Source: Macrostomum lignano (Eukaryota). From it: a DNA stretch of 64,000 nt. Numbering within the stretch: position 1 is the first letter of the stretch; every line of letters begins with the position of its first letter. The translations under genes and the position numbers were made by a program. This document shows, one piece after another, positions 37,001 to 54,429 of the stretch. The stretch spans positions 1-64,000 of the forward strand of contig NIVC01003480.1 of NCBI GenBank assembly GCA_002269645.1, given 5' to 3'. The notes beneath the pieces are model-generated. The model saw only the letters and a program-made list of their open reading frames with translations, ran no database searches and was not told the origin of the DNA.

Positions 37001-38238
37001 CCGAAACTGCCTATCATCTACCCGAAGCTACCCATCATCTACCCGAAGCTACCCATCATCTACCCGAAGCTACCCATCATCTACCCAAAACTAAGCATCA
37101 TCTACCCAAAACTACCCATCATCTACCCGAAACTACCCATCATCTACCCGAAACATACATGCGCAACAGTCGGCCGAGTCGGCCGATCCGGCCGACCGAT
37201 TTGGCGGCCAATCAAGGAAGTCGCAAAAATGCCCACCCAAAAATAACCTAAAGAGTAGTACTAAGTAGCTGACGAGGCATTTTAGCTTAATAAAACAGTC
37301 ATAGTTACTCCTGCCGTTTACCCAAAGTTGCGTTAATTTTGCTTTCGGGTTTTTTTAAATGTAAGTCGCATTTTTGGCCAAAAACTACGTCGCATTTTTG
37401 TTAAAACTAAGTCGCACGGCTGACCGAATTTTGGAGGTTGCACATGTATGACCCGAAACTACCCATCATCTACCCAAAACTGCCCATCATCTACCCAAAA
37501 CTACCCATCATCTACCCGAAGCTACCCATCATCTACCCAAAACTGCCCATCATCTACCCGAAACTACCCATCATCTACCCGAAACTGCCCATCATCTACC
37601 CGAAACTACCCATCATCTATCCGAAACTGCCCATCATCTACCCGAAGCTACCCATCATCTACCCGAAACTGCCCATCATCTACCCGAAACTACCCATCAT
37701 CTATCCGAAACTGCCCATCATCTACCCGAAACTACCCATCATCTATCCGAAACTACCCATCATCTACCATGTCCTCTGCTATCAACTCAACTCTCAGGTG
37801 GAGCAGGCGGCCACCCTAGCGGACATTCACAGCCGCATTCTGAGCTTTCCAAGCGGCTACGATACCGTAGTTGGCGAGCGAGGTCTCAAGCTCAGCGGCG
37901 GCGAGAAACAGCGAGTAGCTATAGCTCGAACACTGCTCAAGGGGCCGAGAATTGTACTGCTAGATGAGGCCACTAGCGCATTGGACACGGCAACGGAGAG
38001 GAATATTCAAGCTAGTCTAGATCGGGTCTGCTCAGGCCGCACCACTCTGGTAGTTGCTCACCGACTGTCCACCATAGTTGGCGCCGATGTCATCTTGGTG
38101 TTGCATGACGGCGAGATTGTTGAACGCGGCTCGCACGATGCTCTGGTGCAGTCTGGCGGTCTCTATGCTAGCATGTGGCGTCAGCAGAAGCTGGAGTCTG
38201 ACGAACTGGCTAAGGAGAATGAGACAGCTGAGATGTAG
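31008..38238 (+). CDS. ABCB6: ABC half-transporter ABCB6/HMT-1; exons 31008-31833, 33554-33863, 34779-35166, 35427-35765, 36312-36629, 37798-38238
   Basis: GCCACCATG start, TMD0 (MQFCP...), [33 protein letters not shown], Walker A GQSGAGKS, signature LSGGEKQ, Walker [12 protein letters not shown]. All introns are GT-AG with matching phases (1,2,0,0,0); AATAAA at 38631. Confidence 0.95.
31886..32677. repeat. 22-bp minisatellite (TTTGTGTTTGAGTAGGGTCATG), ABCB6 intron 1
   Basis: About 36 near-perfect units. Confidence 0.95.
32705..33390. repeat. About 32-bp minisatellite (GGGACTATCGGGACCCCTATCTGGACTGTAGT), ABCB6 intron 1
   Basis: About 20 units with higher-order variants. Confidence 0.92.
34040..34700. 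repeat. 41-bp minisatellite (GCCATGAGAATTTTCTCTAGGCTACGAGAATCGCCCATAAA), ABCB6 intron 2
   Basis: About 14 units, degenerate at the left end. Confidence 0.92.
35820..36300. repeat. Adjacent 34-bp (CCTTCAGTGTGTTCCCCTCTGCCTGCTTCCTGAT) and 28-bp (CTTTGATCCTTCAACAACCGGTGACCCC) minisatellites filling ABCB6 intron 4
   Basis: About 9 and about 5 tandem units; the second array ends about 10 nt before the acceptor at 36311. Confidence 0.92.
36880..37770. repeat. 21-bp minisatellite (CTACCCATCATCTACCCGAAA), ABCB6 intron 5, split by a hAT MITE
   Basis: Tandem units on both sides of 37154-37450; source of the PIIYPKL ORF prefix. Confidence 0.93.
37154..37450. mobile_element. hAT-type MITE, copy 2
   Basis: TIR CATACATGCGCAAC / GTTGCACATGTATG; exact 8-bp TSD ACCCGAAA (37146-37153, 37451-37458). 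Confidence 0.9.
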
Positions 38239-38344
38239 TCTGCCTGCTTTACTGTGGATTTGGAAGTGGCTTTAACTCTTAGTAGGGCGAAACTGCTGGA
38301 GATATTTCCTAGAATTGCTGTTTCTGGGAATTCCGAATTCTTTG

Positions 38345-38580
38345 TTCTTATCATAATTGAGGCCCAGGTTCTTATGGGTTCTTACCATCTTGATTGAAGC
38401 CTAGGTTCATATTGGCTCTTATCATAATTGAGGCCCAGGTTCTTATGGGTTCTTATCTTGATTGAGACCTGGGTTTATATTGGTTCTTATCATAATTGAG
38501 ACCTGGGTTTATAATGGCTCTTATCATAATTGAGGCCCAGGTTCATATTGGTTCTTATCATAATTGAGACCTGGGTTTAT
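38345..38580. repeat. About 35-bp minisatellite (TCTTATCATAATTGAGGCCCAGGTTC...) in the ABCB6 3' region
   Basis: About 6 degenerate units before AATAAA at 38631. Confidence 0.8.
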
Positions 38581-39354
38581 AGTATCAGTAGCACAAAATA
38601 GGCATATTTCGTGTTTCGTGTTAGCTAGTTAATAAATTTGTTTATTTTGTTTTTATCTTAACAATGAAGCTATTAAATACTTTATGCAGCACTGGGGCAG
38701 GTATCGCCCATTGTGCGGAAGAGTGAGCAACTACATCACGAATTGATTTTCCCATAAATAGATTTCTGGCCCTACTTTATCTGCTTCTTCCTATCCGCCC
38801 CAATTCACTCGCGTTCTTGACAGCTGACTGTATTTTTAAACCTACTAGCCGCAATCAGTAGGATGTAACCTCTCTAATTTTGTTATAACTACTGTTAAAC
38901 TACTTATTGATAAGTAGTATAAAAATTATATATAGATAAAATAGTCTTTCGACTGTAAAAAATTACACATTCGCGGTATATTGTTTAGCGCCATGGATTT
39001 TCTGCAGCTGAATTAAGCTTGAAGATCGTAACTCTATAATAGAAATGTACGTCTGGCGTTATCGACTTATTGTAGTTTTTCCAAAATAAGAAATTAACTT
39101 ACTTGCCTCGATCAGAAGCGTATCATATAAATAGACCTTTTAGTCAGTTGTTTTTGTACTTATTTTCATTTGATACTGTGACACTGCGGCTGTGTGTCAC
39201 CAAGTAGGCATTCTGCGGTCACGTGCTGCATCACGAGACTGCCTTCACTGCGTCATCTCACTGCGCCAGACAAACACACTTTGAGCGCTTACAGAGACGT
39301 TAAGTAAGAGATACTAAGTAGCTGATTCTAGACTTATGCGTATGCAGATACCGC

Positions 39355-40235
39355 CAGCCTCCAAGATCCTTATTTGCTGGGCCACCTTCCCATATCCTCA
39401 GTTGCTGGGCCAGCCTCTCAGATCCCCAGTTGCTGGGCCAGCCTCCCAAATCCTCAGTTGTTGTTAGTCTACCAGATCCTCAGTTGCTGCGCCAGCCTCC
39501 CAGATCCTCAGTTGCTGGGCCACCTTCCCAGATCCATAGGTGATGGGCCAGCCTCCAAGATCCTTAGTTGCTGGGCCACCTTCCCATATCCTCAGTTGCT
39601 GGGCCAGCCTCTCAGATCTCCAGTTGCTGGGCCAGCCTCCCAAATCCTCAGTTGTTGTTAGTCCACCAGATCCTCAGTTGCTGCGCCAGCCTCCCAGATC
39701 CTCAGTTGCTGGGCCACCTTCCCAGATCCATAGGTGATGGGCCAGCCTCCAAGATCCTTAGTTGCTGGGCCACCTTCCCAGATCCTCAGTTGCTGGGCCA
39801 GCCTCTCAGATCCCCAGTTGCTGGGCCAGCCTCCCGGATCCTCAGTTCCTGAGCCAGCCTCTCAGATCCTCAGTTGCTGAGCTAGGCTCCCAGATCCTCA
39901 GTTGCTGGACCAGTGTCACCCCCTTCCCAGATCCTCAGTTGCTGGACCAGTGTCACCCCCTTCCCAGATCCTCAGTTGCTGGACCAGTGTCACCCCCTTC
40001 CCAGATCCTCAGTTGCTGGACCAGTGTCACCCCCTTCCCAGATCCTCAGTTGCTGGACCAGTGTCACCCCCTTCCCAGATCCTCAGTTGCTGGACCAGTG
40101 TCACCCCTTCCCAGATCCTCAGTTGCTGGACCAGTGTCACCCCCTTCCCAGATCCTCAGTTGCTGGACCAGTGTCACCCCCTTCCCAGATCCTCAGTTGC
40201 TGGACCAGTGTCACCCCCTTCCCAGATCCTCAGTC
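39355..40235. repeat. Compound minisatellite with CCCAGATCCTCAGTTGCTGG core (about 30-bp units, then 37-bp units)
   Basis: Higher-order duplication 39370-39560 / 39565-39760, then homogeneous 37-bp units. Confidence 0.92.
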
Positions 40236-41169
40236 TAGATCTTCGTCTAGCTGCCAAAAATTGCAAGGTTGCAACTTTCGATTTCCATAATTATGACTGA
40301 CTCGTTATTTTTCTCTTAACAACTTATCCCCGAATTCGTTCTGCGCAGCTCTGCGCTTGTGAATTGCGCATAAAAAATAGCCTGTTGTAACTCATCCTGC
40401 AATATATACAGAATGTTATAGTAGGCGGAAGATAGTGTAGTGATGCCATAGTTCCTAACTATCAACATGTACTAAAATGAGGTTTACGTTTGGAAGAGTT
40501 CAAGCAACATTCTTGTCTGCTTTCATTTTGCATCAGCAATGAATTCTTGCGCGGGGCATCTTTTTTTGGTTTTTTGACAGCATGCCGATTCTGCCTTGCG
40601 GTTCTGTGCCGCCTCTATTGGGCAATACGGCCAGACCTCAAAAAGGCCTTTCTACGATCAATGCTGCACTTCCTGAATACTGAATTTAGTCTTCAAGGGC
40701 GTTTTCCTAAAGCCGACTGACTTCTAGCTGCTCTTAGCAACAAATGTTTAAAGTGCAAGCGCCAAGTTGCCCAGTTTTGCTATCGTATTTCGGCATCTGA
40801 AAATATGCTTTATTACTAACCAAATATTTGATGCTTTTGGCCGCCTGCCAAGACCAGCAAAACAAAATAGATGGGCAGTCAGCCAACGAAGTTACTCATA
40901 AATAAAAATAACTATTCCCAGGACACTCGCGCCATGGTCTTGCCACCTGCAACACTGAGAGGCACCCTGGCATGCACTCATACAGTCATACAGACGCCTA
41001 CACAGCGTGTACTCATGCACAGCCAGGCGCGTCGCCACCGGGGGGGGGGGGGGACAGGGAGGACATGTCCCCCCCTCAGTAAAAGCTATGGGGGGCATGC
41101 AAATGCTTTGTCCCCACAACCCACGTAACCCACTTTGTGACCCATTGTGGTAATCAATCATTTTTCTTC

Positions 41170-41560
41170 AGGGCGCTAAAATGAGTGCCTGCGGCGCTAA
41201 AATGAGTGCCTGCGGCGCTAAAATGAGTGCCTGCGGCGCTAAAATGAGTGCCTGCGGCGCTAAAATGAGTGCCTGCGTTGCCAAAATGAGTGCCTGGGAC
41301 GCTAAAATGAGTTCATGCGGCGCTAAAATGAGTGCCTGCGGCGCTAAAATGAGTGCCTGCGGTGCTAAAATGAGTTGCTGCGGCGCTAAAATGAGTTGCT
41401 GCGGCGCTAAAATGAGTGCCTGCGGCGCTAAAATGAGTGCCTGCGGTGCTAAAATGAGTTCATGCGGCGCTAAAATGAGTACCTGCGGTGCTAAAATGAG
41501 TGTCTGCGGCGCTAAAATGAGTACCTGCGGTGCTAAAATGAGTGCCTGCGGCGCTAAAAT
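41170..41560. repeat. 21-bp minisatellite (GCTAAAATGAGTGCCTGCGGC)
   Basis: About 18 units; gives the MSACGAK and ILAPQAL pseudo-ORFs. Confidence 0.95.
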
Positions 41561-41962
41561 GGTTTTAATCTTGAAAATCAAAAACCAGTCAAAAGTCATT
41601 TTTAGTCAGTTTGCCGGACTTGTACTTCGTACGAGTGTATAATAAACAAACGCCGGCTCGTACACGAAATGGTTTATGCAGGGACTACCTCAAACACATT
41701 AGAGAGATGCTGTGTTACTTTGTTGTCTATGGTTATTTTCTACTGCTGATAAAAGACCAGCCTCGTAAAAAATTCCTAGTTTCCCGTCCCGGTGTTTGAG
41801 TAGTCCCTGGATTTATGCAGCTATAATAAGCGTGAAATATTGGTAGACTATTGGTAGACTGATGGTTAGAACTGAATCATCAACGCACACATGTTCGATA
41901 TGTAAATTCTTCATACTGGTACGCAAGTCGTATAAATATTTATATTTATAAATACCATTTGG

Positions 41963-42100
41963 ACACCATGGCCCTCTAAGGTCACAGCTGCTTTGCCTTA
42001 TGCATCGCTATCTTCAGAACTCCGCACTGAGGAACGCCCATTCTGCGTCTCCGCAGTGTTGAGAATACGGAGCACTTCATCGGAGAGGTGCACCACTGCG
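41963..42100 (+). mobile_element. Degenerate fragment of the C-terminal zinc-knuckle region of a LINE related to 42100-43688
   Basis: CACCATGGCCCTCTAAGGTCACAGCTGCTT resembles CACCATGACCCTCTCAGGTCACGGCTGCTT at about 43263; ENTEHF resembles ETAEHF. Confidence 0.6.
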
Positions 42101-43688
42101 AGGTGTCACTACCTCTTTCGAAATTTTCAGACCCGAGAATCTCTGCGTACAGCAGGTAGTTCGACCTCTGCAGCTATACGGCAGGGATATTGCCTTCGCG
42201 CACCAGACCAGATGTCTCGGGGTCATACTTGATCACCGGCTCAACTGGTCCTTCCACGTGAAAGCAAAAGCCAAGCGTGCCTCAGCCATCCTGGCCCAGC
42301 TCCGACGGGCACTTGGCACCTCTTGGGGTCTTTCCCCAAAGCGGCTTTGGCGGATCTACACTTCCGTAGTTAGACCTGCCATTACGTAAGCCTCGGTTGT
42401 CTGGGTTAGCGCTACCCAGGTCAAAAGCCATGCAGATTTGCTCAACACGATCCAGGGCAGAGCGTGTAGGCTTATCTGCAACGCCACCAGGTCCACGCCC
42501 TTTGCCGGCATGGGGGCCTTCCTTAATCTACCGCCTCTCGACCTCTTCGTCAGGGGTGAGGCGGCTAGAACGACGCGGCGTTTACTTGATGCCGGTGTCA
42601 AATTCCTTTACATGAGGGCACCTGCTAAGCGGAACCTCGTCCCGCATAGCGAACTGTGCCTCAACATTCTCAACGAGTGTCAGGCCAATCGCGTCTTCAC
42701 CGATGGCATTGCCTCAACGCTCAACCTGAGACAACGCTACTCCACTGGAACCCCGGTGAGCTTCATTGCTACACCGACGGTTCTAAGCAGTCAGCCAACA
42801 CCGGTTTTGGTGTTGGAATCTTCCTGAACGGGAGGGTCATCGCAACCCGGTAAGAACCGGTAAGAACATCATTTTCCATTCGGACAGCCAAGCTGCCTTG
42901 CACGCCATCAGTGGCTGTATTCTGCTACAGTCCTCGACTGTATCAAACTCCTCAACAAGTTGGGCTCCACCAACAAAATCACCCTTAAGTGGGTTCCGGG
43001 GCATGTGGGGATCCGAGGAAATGAGTTGGCTGACGCCCTTGAAAAAGTTGGCGCCTCCGGCTCCTCTCTCGGTCCCGAACCCCTTGTCCCGATTCCTGGC
43101 TGTGTCATCGACTCGCGCATCAAAGCGTGGATCAGGACTCAGCACCGCTCGACTTGGGCGAACTGCACTACCTGCAGGCAATCCAGAGGCGCTGTCCCTC
43201 AGCCCTCTCACCAGCTCCGGAAGATCTTCTTGCGCCTCTCGCGCAGAGACATCCGGGCTGCCACCATGACCCTCTCAGGTCACGGCTGCTTCTCTAGGCA
43301 CCAGTACCTGCAGGGCAACGCCATCAACGCCATCTGCAGTTTCTGTAACTCAGGTGACGAAACCGCTGAGCATTTCGTCAGCATCTGTCCCGCCTTTACG
43401 CGAGCCAGACTCACTTACCTCGGGCCACACACATCTATTACTGAAGCGTGCAAACCCGAAAACTTTAATCAGCTCATGCGCTACCTCCGGGCCACCCGCA
43501 GGGCTGAACTCTCCTTTCCAGAGAGCACTATAGCTGCTGGCGACACTGGGGGACCTCCCTGGGCGGCGCCAACCCTTCGTCCATAGCGACGCGTCGGCCG
43601 TTCAGGGATTAGCGGAATGGGCGCCCGCGCCTTCCCGCTGTGTCCCCTCCGGGACAGCCCTGCAGCTAAGTCAAGTAAGTCAAGCAGG
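42100..43688 (+). mobile_element. 5'-truncated, degenerate RNase H-containing non-LTR retrotransposon (R1/LOA-like)
   Basis: RCLGVILDHRLNW, WGLSPK..IYTSVVRP, RNase H motifs YTDGSK, SDSQAAL, LKWVPGHVGIRGNELAD, C-terminal CxxC...ETAEHF..C knuckle; stops, frameshifts and deletions; 3' tail TAAGTCAAG repeats. Confidence 0.88.
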
Positions 43689-43796
43689 TAGTTCTATAGT
43701 TTTATTCCATTTCGTTAATTCAGTTACACTGAACCTGTCAGTCTCCGTTGATTTACCATCCTGGCCATGGGAAAAAAGTGCAGTCAGTATACACTG

Positions 43797-44041
43797 GCAA
43801 CATTGAAAAGTTTCCACTTTCGCGCCGTTTAGAGTTTCAAAACTGGTTTTTGTCGCCAGACTCGTGCCATAGACGATTGATGATTTCGTCAACACGCACT
43901 TGGGCCATAGACAAAAACTTGGGTCATAGACGCCAGACAGATCGAAGGAAACAGTCACATGGAGCAGACAGGAGCAGCTTACAGGAGTCTAAAATCCACG
44001 TTGACCCTTCGCGCGCTAGGGTGGAAACTTTTCAATATTGC
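43797..44041. mobile_element. MITE-like element, about 245 bp
   Basis: 21-bp TIR GCAACATTGAAAAGTTTCCAC / GTGGAAACTTTTCAATATTGC; TSD not identified. Confidence 0.6.
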
Positions 44042-44494
44042 TGAGTGTAAATAAGTCATCATGAGATTGCTGGGATATTCCATTTTAAAACCGATTATAG
44101 CATTTTCCTGGCTTGATCCAGCCTAGGAGCAAGCAAGTAGCCCAGCCATTGAGGACTTGCTTTCATTGTCTATGGCCCAAAAAGGGGGTCCCTTGGAGCA
44201 ACCAATTTGAGAATTCAGTCTTTTCCATAGTTGTGCCAATGTTTCCAAAAGACAGATTTCATTAGACAAACATGGATGCCAATTGTCTTTGGTTGTTCCT
44301 TCAGAGGGAGAGAGAAAGAGATAAAGCGAGGCAGGAGCCAATAGAAAACTTTCCTGCAACTCTCTACACCGCGGTCCACTGCGCTATTTCGGTCAATGGT
44401 TTGTTCCTGATAATAAGACCGTAGTTTTCCAGCAACCATAAAAATAAAGCCCAACAACCCAATTGCAGCTGCATGCAGTTCTCTGTTCACAGCG

Positions 44495-45244
44495 ATGCAG
44501 GGGCTAAACGTTGCCAATCCGCCCAGCTACGAGGAGTCTGAATGGCTTCATCAAGCTGCCGCTATTCAAGCTACGAGTAGCCGCTTGAACCGGCTGTCCT
44601 ACCTAATAACGGCGATAATTTGCGTCGAAAAGCGAGACTTTGCCCTGTCGCATGCCAGATGCGAGGGCTGCGCCCACTGCCTGGCTGCTAGGCGGGTCGC
44701 CACCCCGCGCGAGGCTCGACAACTGGTCCAGTCTGCCTTCCTGACTGGCCACCTGCCCTGTTGCTACAGTGCCAACCAGCCAGTTGAGTTCGTATTCTTT
44801 CAAACCACTGCTCCGAGGGGCCTATTAAGGTTGTGTCTGATACCTCTGACCCGACTCAGCCTGCCAAGTCCGGAGCTGTTCAATCGAACCAGCTGGACTT
44901 CGAAGGACGCCGACCAACTGGAGGCTGTCAAGGCCGCGGTGATTCGCCAAGCTCGAACAGTCTGCTCAGTTTGCATGGCCGAATTTCCGCCAGCTGCCGG
45001 TGGTGTCCGAGCGGCTTACGGCATCCGCAGGCTGTTTAAGATCAACGTCGGCGAGCAGAGAGTCCAGACGGCGACCAGGGAGCTTCAGGACAGCCACTTT
45101 GCTGACCAGGTTGCTCTGGCGGTGGACGCAGCGACGAAGAAGCTGCTGAGAGACTTGAAGGCAACAACCGATGGAGAGCCCGCTTCGGTGCTCGGCTACC
45201 GGCATGCCGTTTTGGAGTCGGCGCTGCCTGCCGGCCTTTGCTGA
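44495..45244 (+). CDS. Intronless 249-aa protein of unknown function with PPSY, CxxCxxC and CxxC motifs
   Basis: Uninterrupted GC-rich non-repetitive ORF, pyrimidine tract plus AG 2 nt before the ATG, AATAAA at 45289-45294; no family recognised. Confidence 0.6.
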   Translation: MQGLNVANPPSYEESEWLHQAAAIQATSSRLNRLSYLITAIICVEKRDFALSHARCEGCAHCLAARRVATPREARQLVQSAFLTGHLPCCYSANQPVEFVFFQTTAPRGLLRLCLIPLTRLSLPSPELFNRTSWTSKDADQLEAVKAAVIRQARTVCSVCMAEFPPAAGGVRAAYGIRRLFKINVGEQRVQTATRELQDSHFADQVALAVDAATKKLLRDLKATTDGEPASVLGYRHAVLESALPAGLC

Positions 45245-45444
45245 TCAACTCTGAAAGAGAAAACATATTGAACTTCTGATGAGCTGTAAATAAATCACTG
45301 TAGTCTGGTACTTGCGACTCAACTCTTTTAACATAACAAAATTATTGTAATTTAAATATAAAAAAACTATTGTGTTACTAAATTACTGTTAAGAAGCAGA
45401 TGGTATTATAAATCACCAATAGCGCTTAGTGAAACGGAAAATAG

Positions 45445-45710
45445 AATGGATTGCTAATCTAGCCAATACATGGATGCAGGAATAGAATGGATTGCTAATC
45501 TAGCCAATACATGGATGCAGGAATAGAATGGATTGCTAATCTAGCTTACATTAATGCAGGAATAGAATGGATTGCTAATCTAGCCAATGCTTGAATGCAG
45601 GAACAGGATGGATTGCTAATCTAGCCAATGCTTGAATGCAGGAACAGGATGGATTGCTAATCTAGCCAATGCTTGAATGCAGGAATAGGATGGATTGCTA
45701 ATCTAACCCA
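45445..45710 (-). repeat. 41-bp minisatellite, same family as 8570-9030
   Basis: AATAGAATGGATTGCTAATCTAGCCAATACATGGATGCAGG units are the reverse complement of the 8570 unit. Confidence 0.9.
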
Positions 45711-46149
45711 GAGCTATAAGAAATGAAGTCCCAATGGTAGCACCAAGTAAACAAACACAATGCTAATCAATTAATTAGACACCTTCAGTTGCAAAGTATC
45801 ACATTTGAGTCACGAGCCACCTTCAGTCCAGTGGTACCGATTCTTGTTATCTATTCGTCAGAGTGGAATAAACCCAGAGAGGTCCAAGTGGCCAGCTCCA
45901 TAATAAGAAATTACATTTTTCTCTTGCACTCTTGTATCATTTTAAGCGCTAAAATTGTAGCAAATATGCAATTCAATTTATCCGCTGGCTGCACTGAAGA
46001 GCTTCAAGGCGATTATCAATTTTGGTGCATTCCTACCGTTGATTTGCATTAACATCTTTATTACCAGATTATGTTTTCAGTGATTAGATTGGTTATAAAT
46101 CTGGGGCGTTTTACTCGTATTTACTTTTAGAATAGAGTTGCTGGCAACG

Positions 46150-46680
46150 TTTACTCCTTGTCTACCCCTCTCTACACTCTCTACCCTAAATCTACTCCTT
46201 GTCTACCCCTCTCTACACTCTCTACCCTAAATCTACTCCTTGTCTACCCCTCTCTTCACTCTCTACCCTAAATCTACTCCTTGTCTACCCCTCTCTACAC
46301 TCTCTACCCTAAATCTACTCCTTGTCTACCCCTCTCTACACTCTCTACCCTAAATCTACTCCTTGTCTACCCCTCTCTACACTCTCTACCCTAAATCTAC
46401 TCCTTGTCTACCCCTCTCTACACTCTCTACCCTAAATATACTCCTTGTCTACCCCTCTCTACACTCTCTACCCTAAATCTACTCCTTGTCTACCCCTCTC
46501 TACACTCTCTACCCTAAATCTACTCCTTGTCTACCCCTCTCTACACTCTCTACCCTAAATCTACTCCTTTTCTACCCCTCTCTACACTCTCTACCCATAA
46601 ATCTACTCTTTGTCTACCCCTCTCTACACTCTCTACCCATAAATATTCTCCTTGTCTACCCCTCTCTACATTCTCTACCC
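46150..46680. repeat. 41-bp pyrimidine-rich minisatellite (TACTCCTTGTCTACCCCTCTCTACACTCTCTACCCTAAATC)
   Basis: About 13 near-perfect units. Confidence 0.94.
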
Positions 46681-47147
46681 CTGATACGCCTTGGGTCTAC
46701 TTTCTGTCTCGCCTTTCTTTAAACCAATTAAACCCATTTCTGGGCAGTATCAAATAAGTGGCATTTAAGCGCTTACACCCAGAATGGCTACTCAATTTCA
46801 GTAGTATCCCTCGACAATTTACTCGCTATAAAAAATGAAAAATGAATGTTAATGCGAACAGCATTTCTATACCGCCCCTCAACTCCGTGTATCCAATGAG
46901 AGTCATCATCTTCATCCATTCTCCCTCTCTGCCCTCCTTTCCTCTCTCCCCTTATCTGGGATTTGACGGGTCAGGAAATCCCTGACAAGGAGCAGGGAGC
47001 GACCGTCAGCCCCACAACCCGCCGCCCAGTCCGTCCCAGTTGAACTTAATAAACTTTAGTCCCACGTAGAGACTCGCGTCAATGCAAAACGGTTCTGCGA
47101 GCAAAGAAATTCATTTCGACAAATTAGATCCAAGTTTCATCCAAAGA

Positions 47148-53253
<6,106 letters not shown>

Positions 53254-53371
53254 ATGCTTAGCCGTTCTGGTTATTGTTGCTATGGCTCTGTGCCTACTTA
53301 GTATTCTATACGGAAATTTATGAGCTTCTTCTGGGGGAAGGGGTTCGCTTCGTAAGACCTGAATTTCCTGA

Positions 53372-53428
53372 ATAGGGTTAGGTTAGTGTTAGGGTTAGGG
53401 TTAGGGTTAGTGTTAGGGTTAGGGTTAT

Positions 53429-53459
<31 letters not shown>

Positions 53460-53487
53460 GGTTAGGGTTATGGTTAGGTTTAGAGTT
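53372..53487 (+). repeat. Interstitial telomeric repeat (TTAGGG)n, about 19 units with variants
   Basis: TTAGGG tandem with TTAGTG, TTATGG and TTTAGGG variants, about 120 nt after the channel stop codon. Confidence 0.93.
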
Positions 53488-54429
53488 GAACCGTAAAAGT
53501 TATCGACCCGTCAGCTATAAATGTAGGAATTGCTGAAATTCTGTGACTATTGGCCGGATGAGGGTTGAGGTTTGGGTTAGCTGTTCAAGGGTAGAATTTT
53601 ATGACTACGTACCTTTTTGTGGTTTCGACCAATAGTTTGTTATTCATTTCATATTTAAATTAGCTCCTTTTGTTTAATTTACACAATTCTGCATGCAAAT
53701 ATTCAGTGTGTGGCTTTCATAAGGCCTAAATTTCACAGGAATCATTATTAAAATGACAATATTTTAGGCGATGTGAAATTTACTGGATGTAAAAGCGCCC
53801 CTGACTTTAGCGCCCTATTGCTTTCACGCTGACAAGCTGAGGCCATCGCGTGACCGAATAGGGACTTTGAAACTTCGAGAGGCTTCGAAACGGAACCAAC
53901 AAGTGCTGCAATTAGCATTTAGAAAAAGCCATAAAAGTCTGCAGTAGCAGTTTTACCCCCTTTTTTCCAAAAAAAGATTAACTTGTTCCTGCCAGTCATA
54001 TGTTATTCTTGTGTCTCCAATGCTTATAAAAAGCTAATGTTGTTTGACAGAAACTGTTTACAGTGCAATAACTACAGAAAATTTATTAGCGTAATTTCAC
54101 AACTCTCTATTACCAAGCAGTTTTGATCGCAAGCTACTTAACAATTGGTCTTTTCTGCTGCACATTTTGTTACTGTCACTAAGCTAAGAATGATAAAATA
54201 TGGATTCATAAAACCAATGAGCCGAGCAGTGCCATTTTAATGGTTTTTTGGCACAGGACATGTCGCTCGTACGATTGTGAGTAAAGATATAAAATAAACA
54301 TGGAATCCTAGTTTTCTACACGAAGATCTTTATGAATATCAATAGAGCTAAAAGAAGGGCAAAACATGTTACAAGATGAACATTGGGTCTGCCTTCTATC
54401 GAAAGTAATAAAAATTTTTGTGCTTAAGA

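Noticed and set aside
37438-37797. PIIYPKL repeat apparently fused in frame to the ABCB6 nucleotide-binding domain
   Set aside because: 21-bp intronic minisatellite; the true exon starts at the acceptor CTCTCAG/GTG (37798), phase-matched to the upstream exon.
41168-41642. MSACGAK and ILAPQAL repeat proteins
   Set aside because: 21-bp tandem repeat with no flanking coding sequence or splice support.
53372-53487. Chromosome end or fusion site
   Set aside because: Short tract with more than 10 kb of ordinary sequence beyond it and no inverted CCCTAA block.
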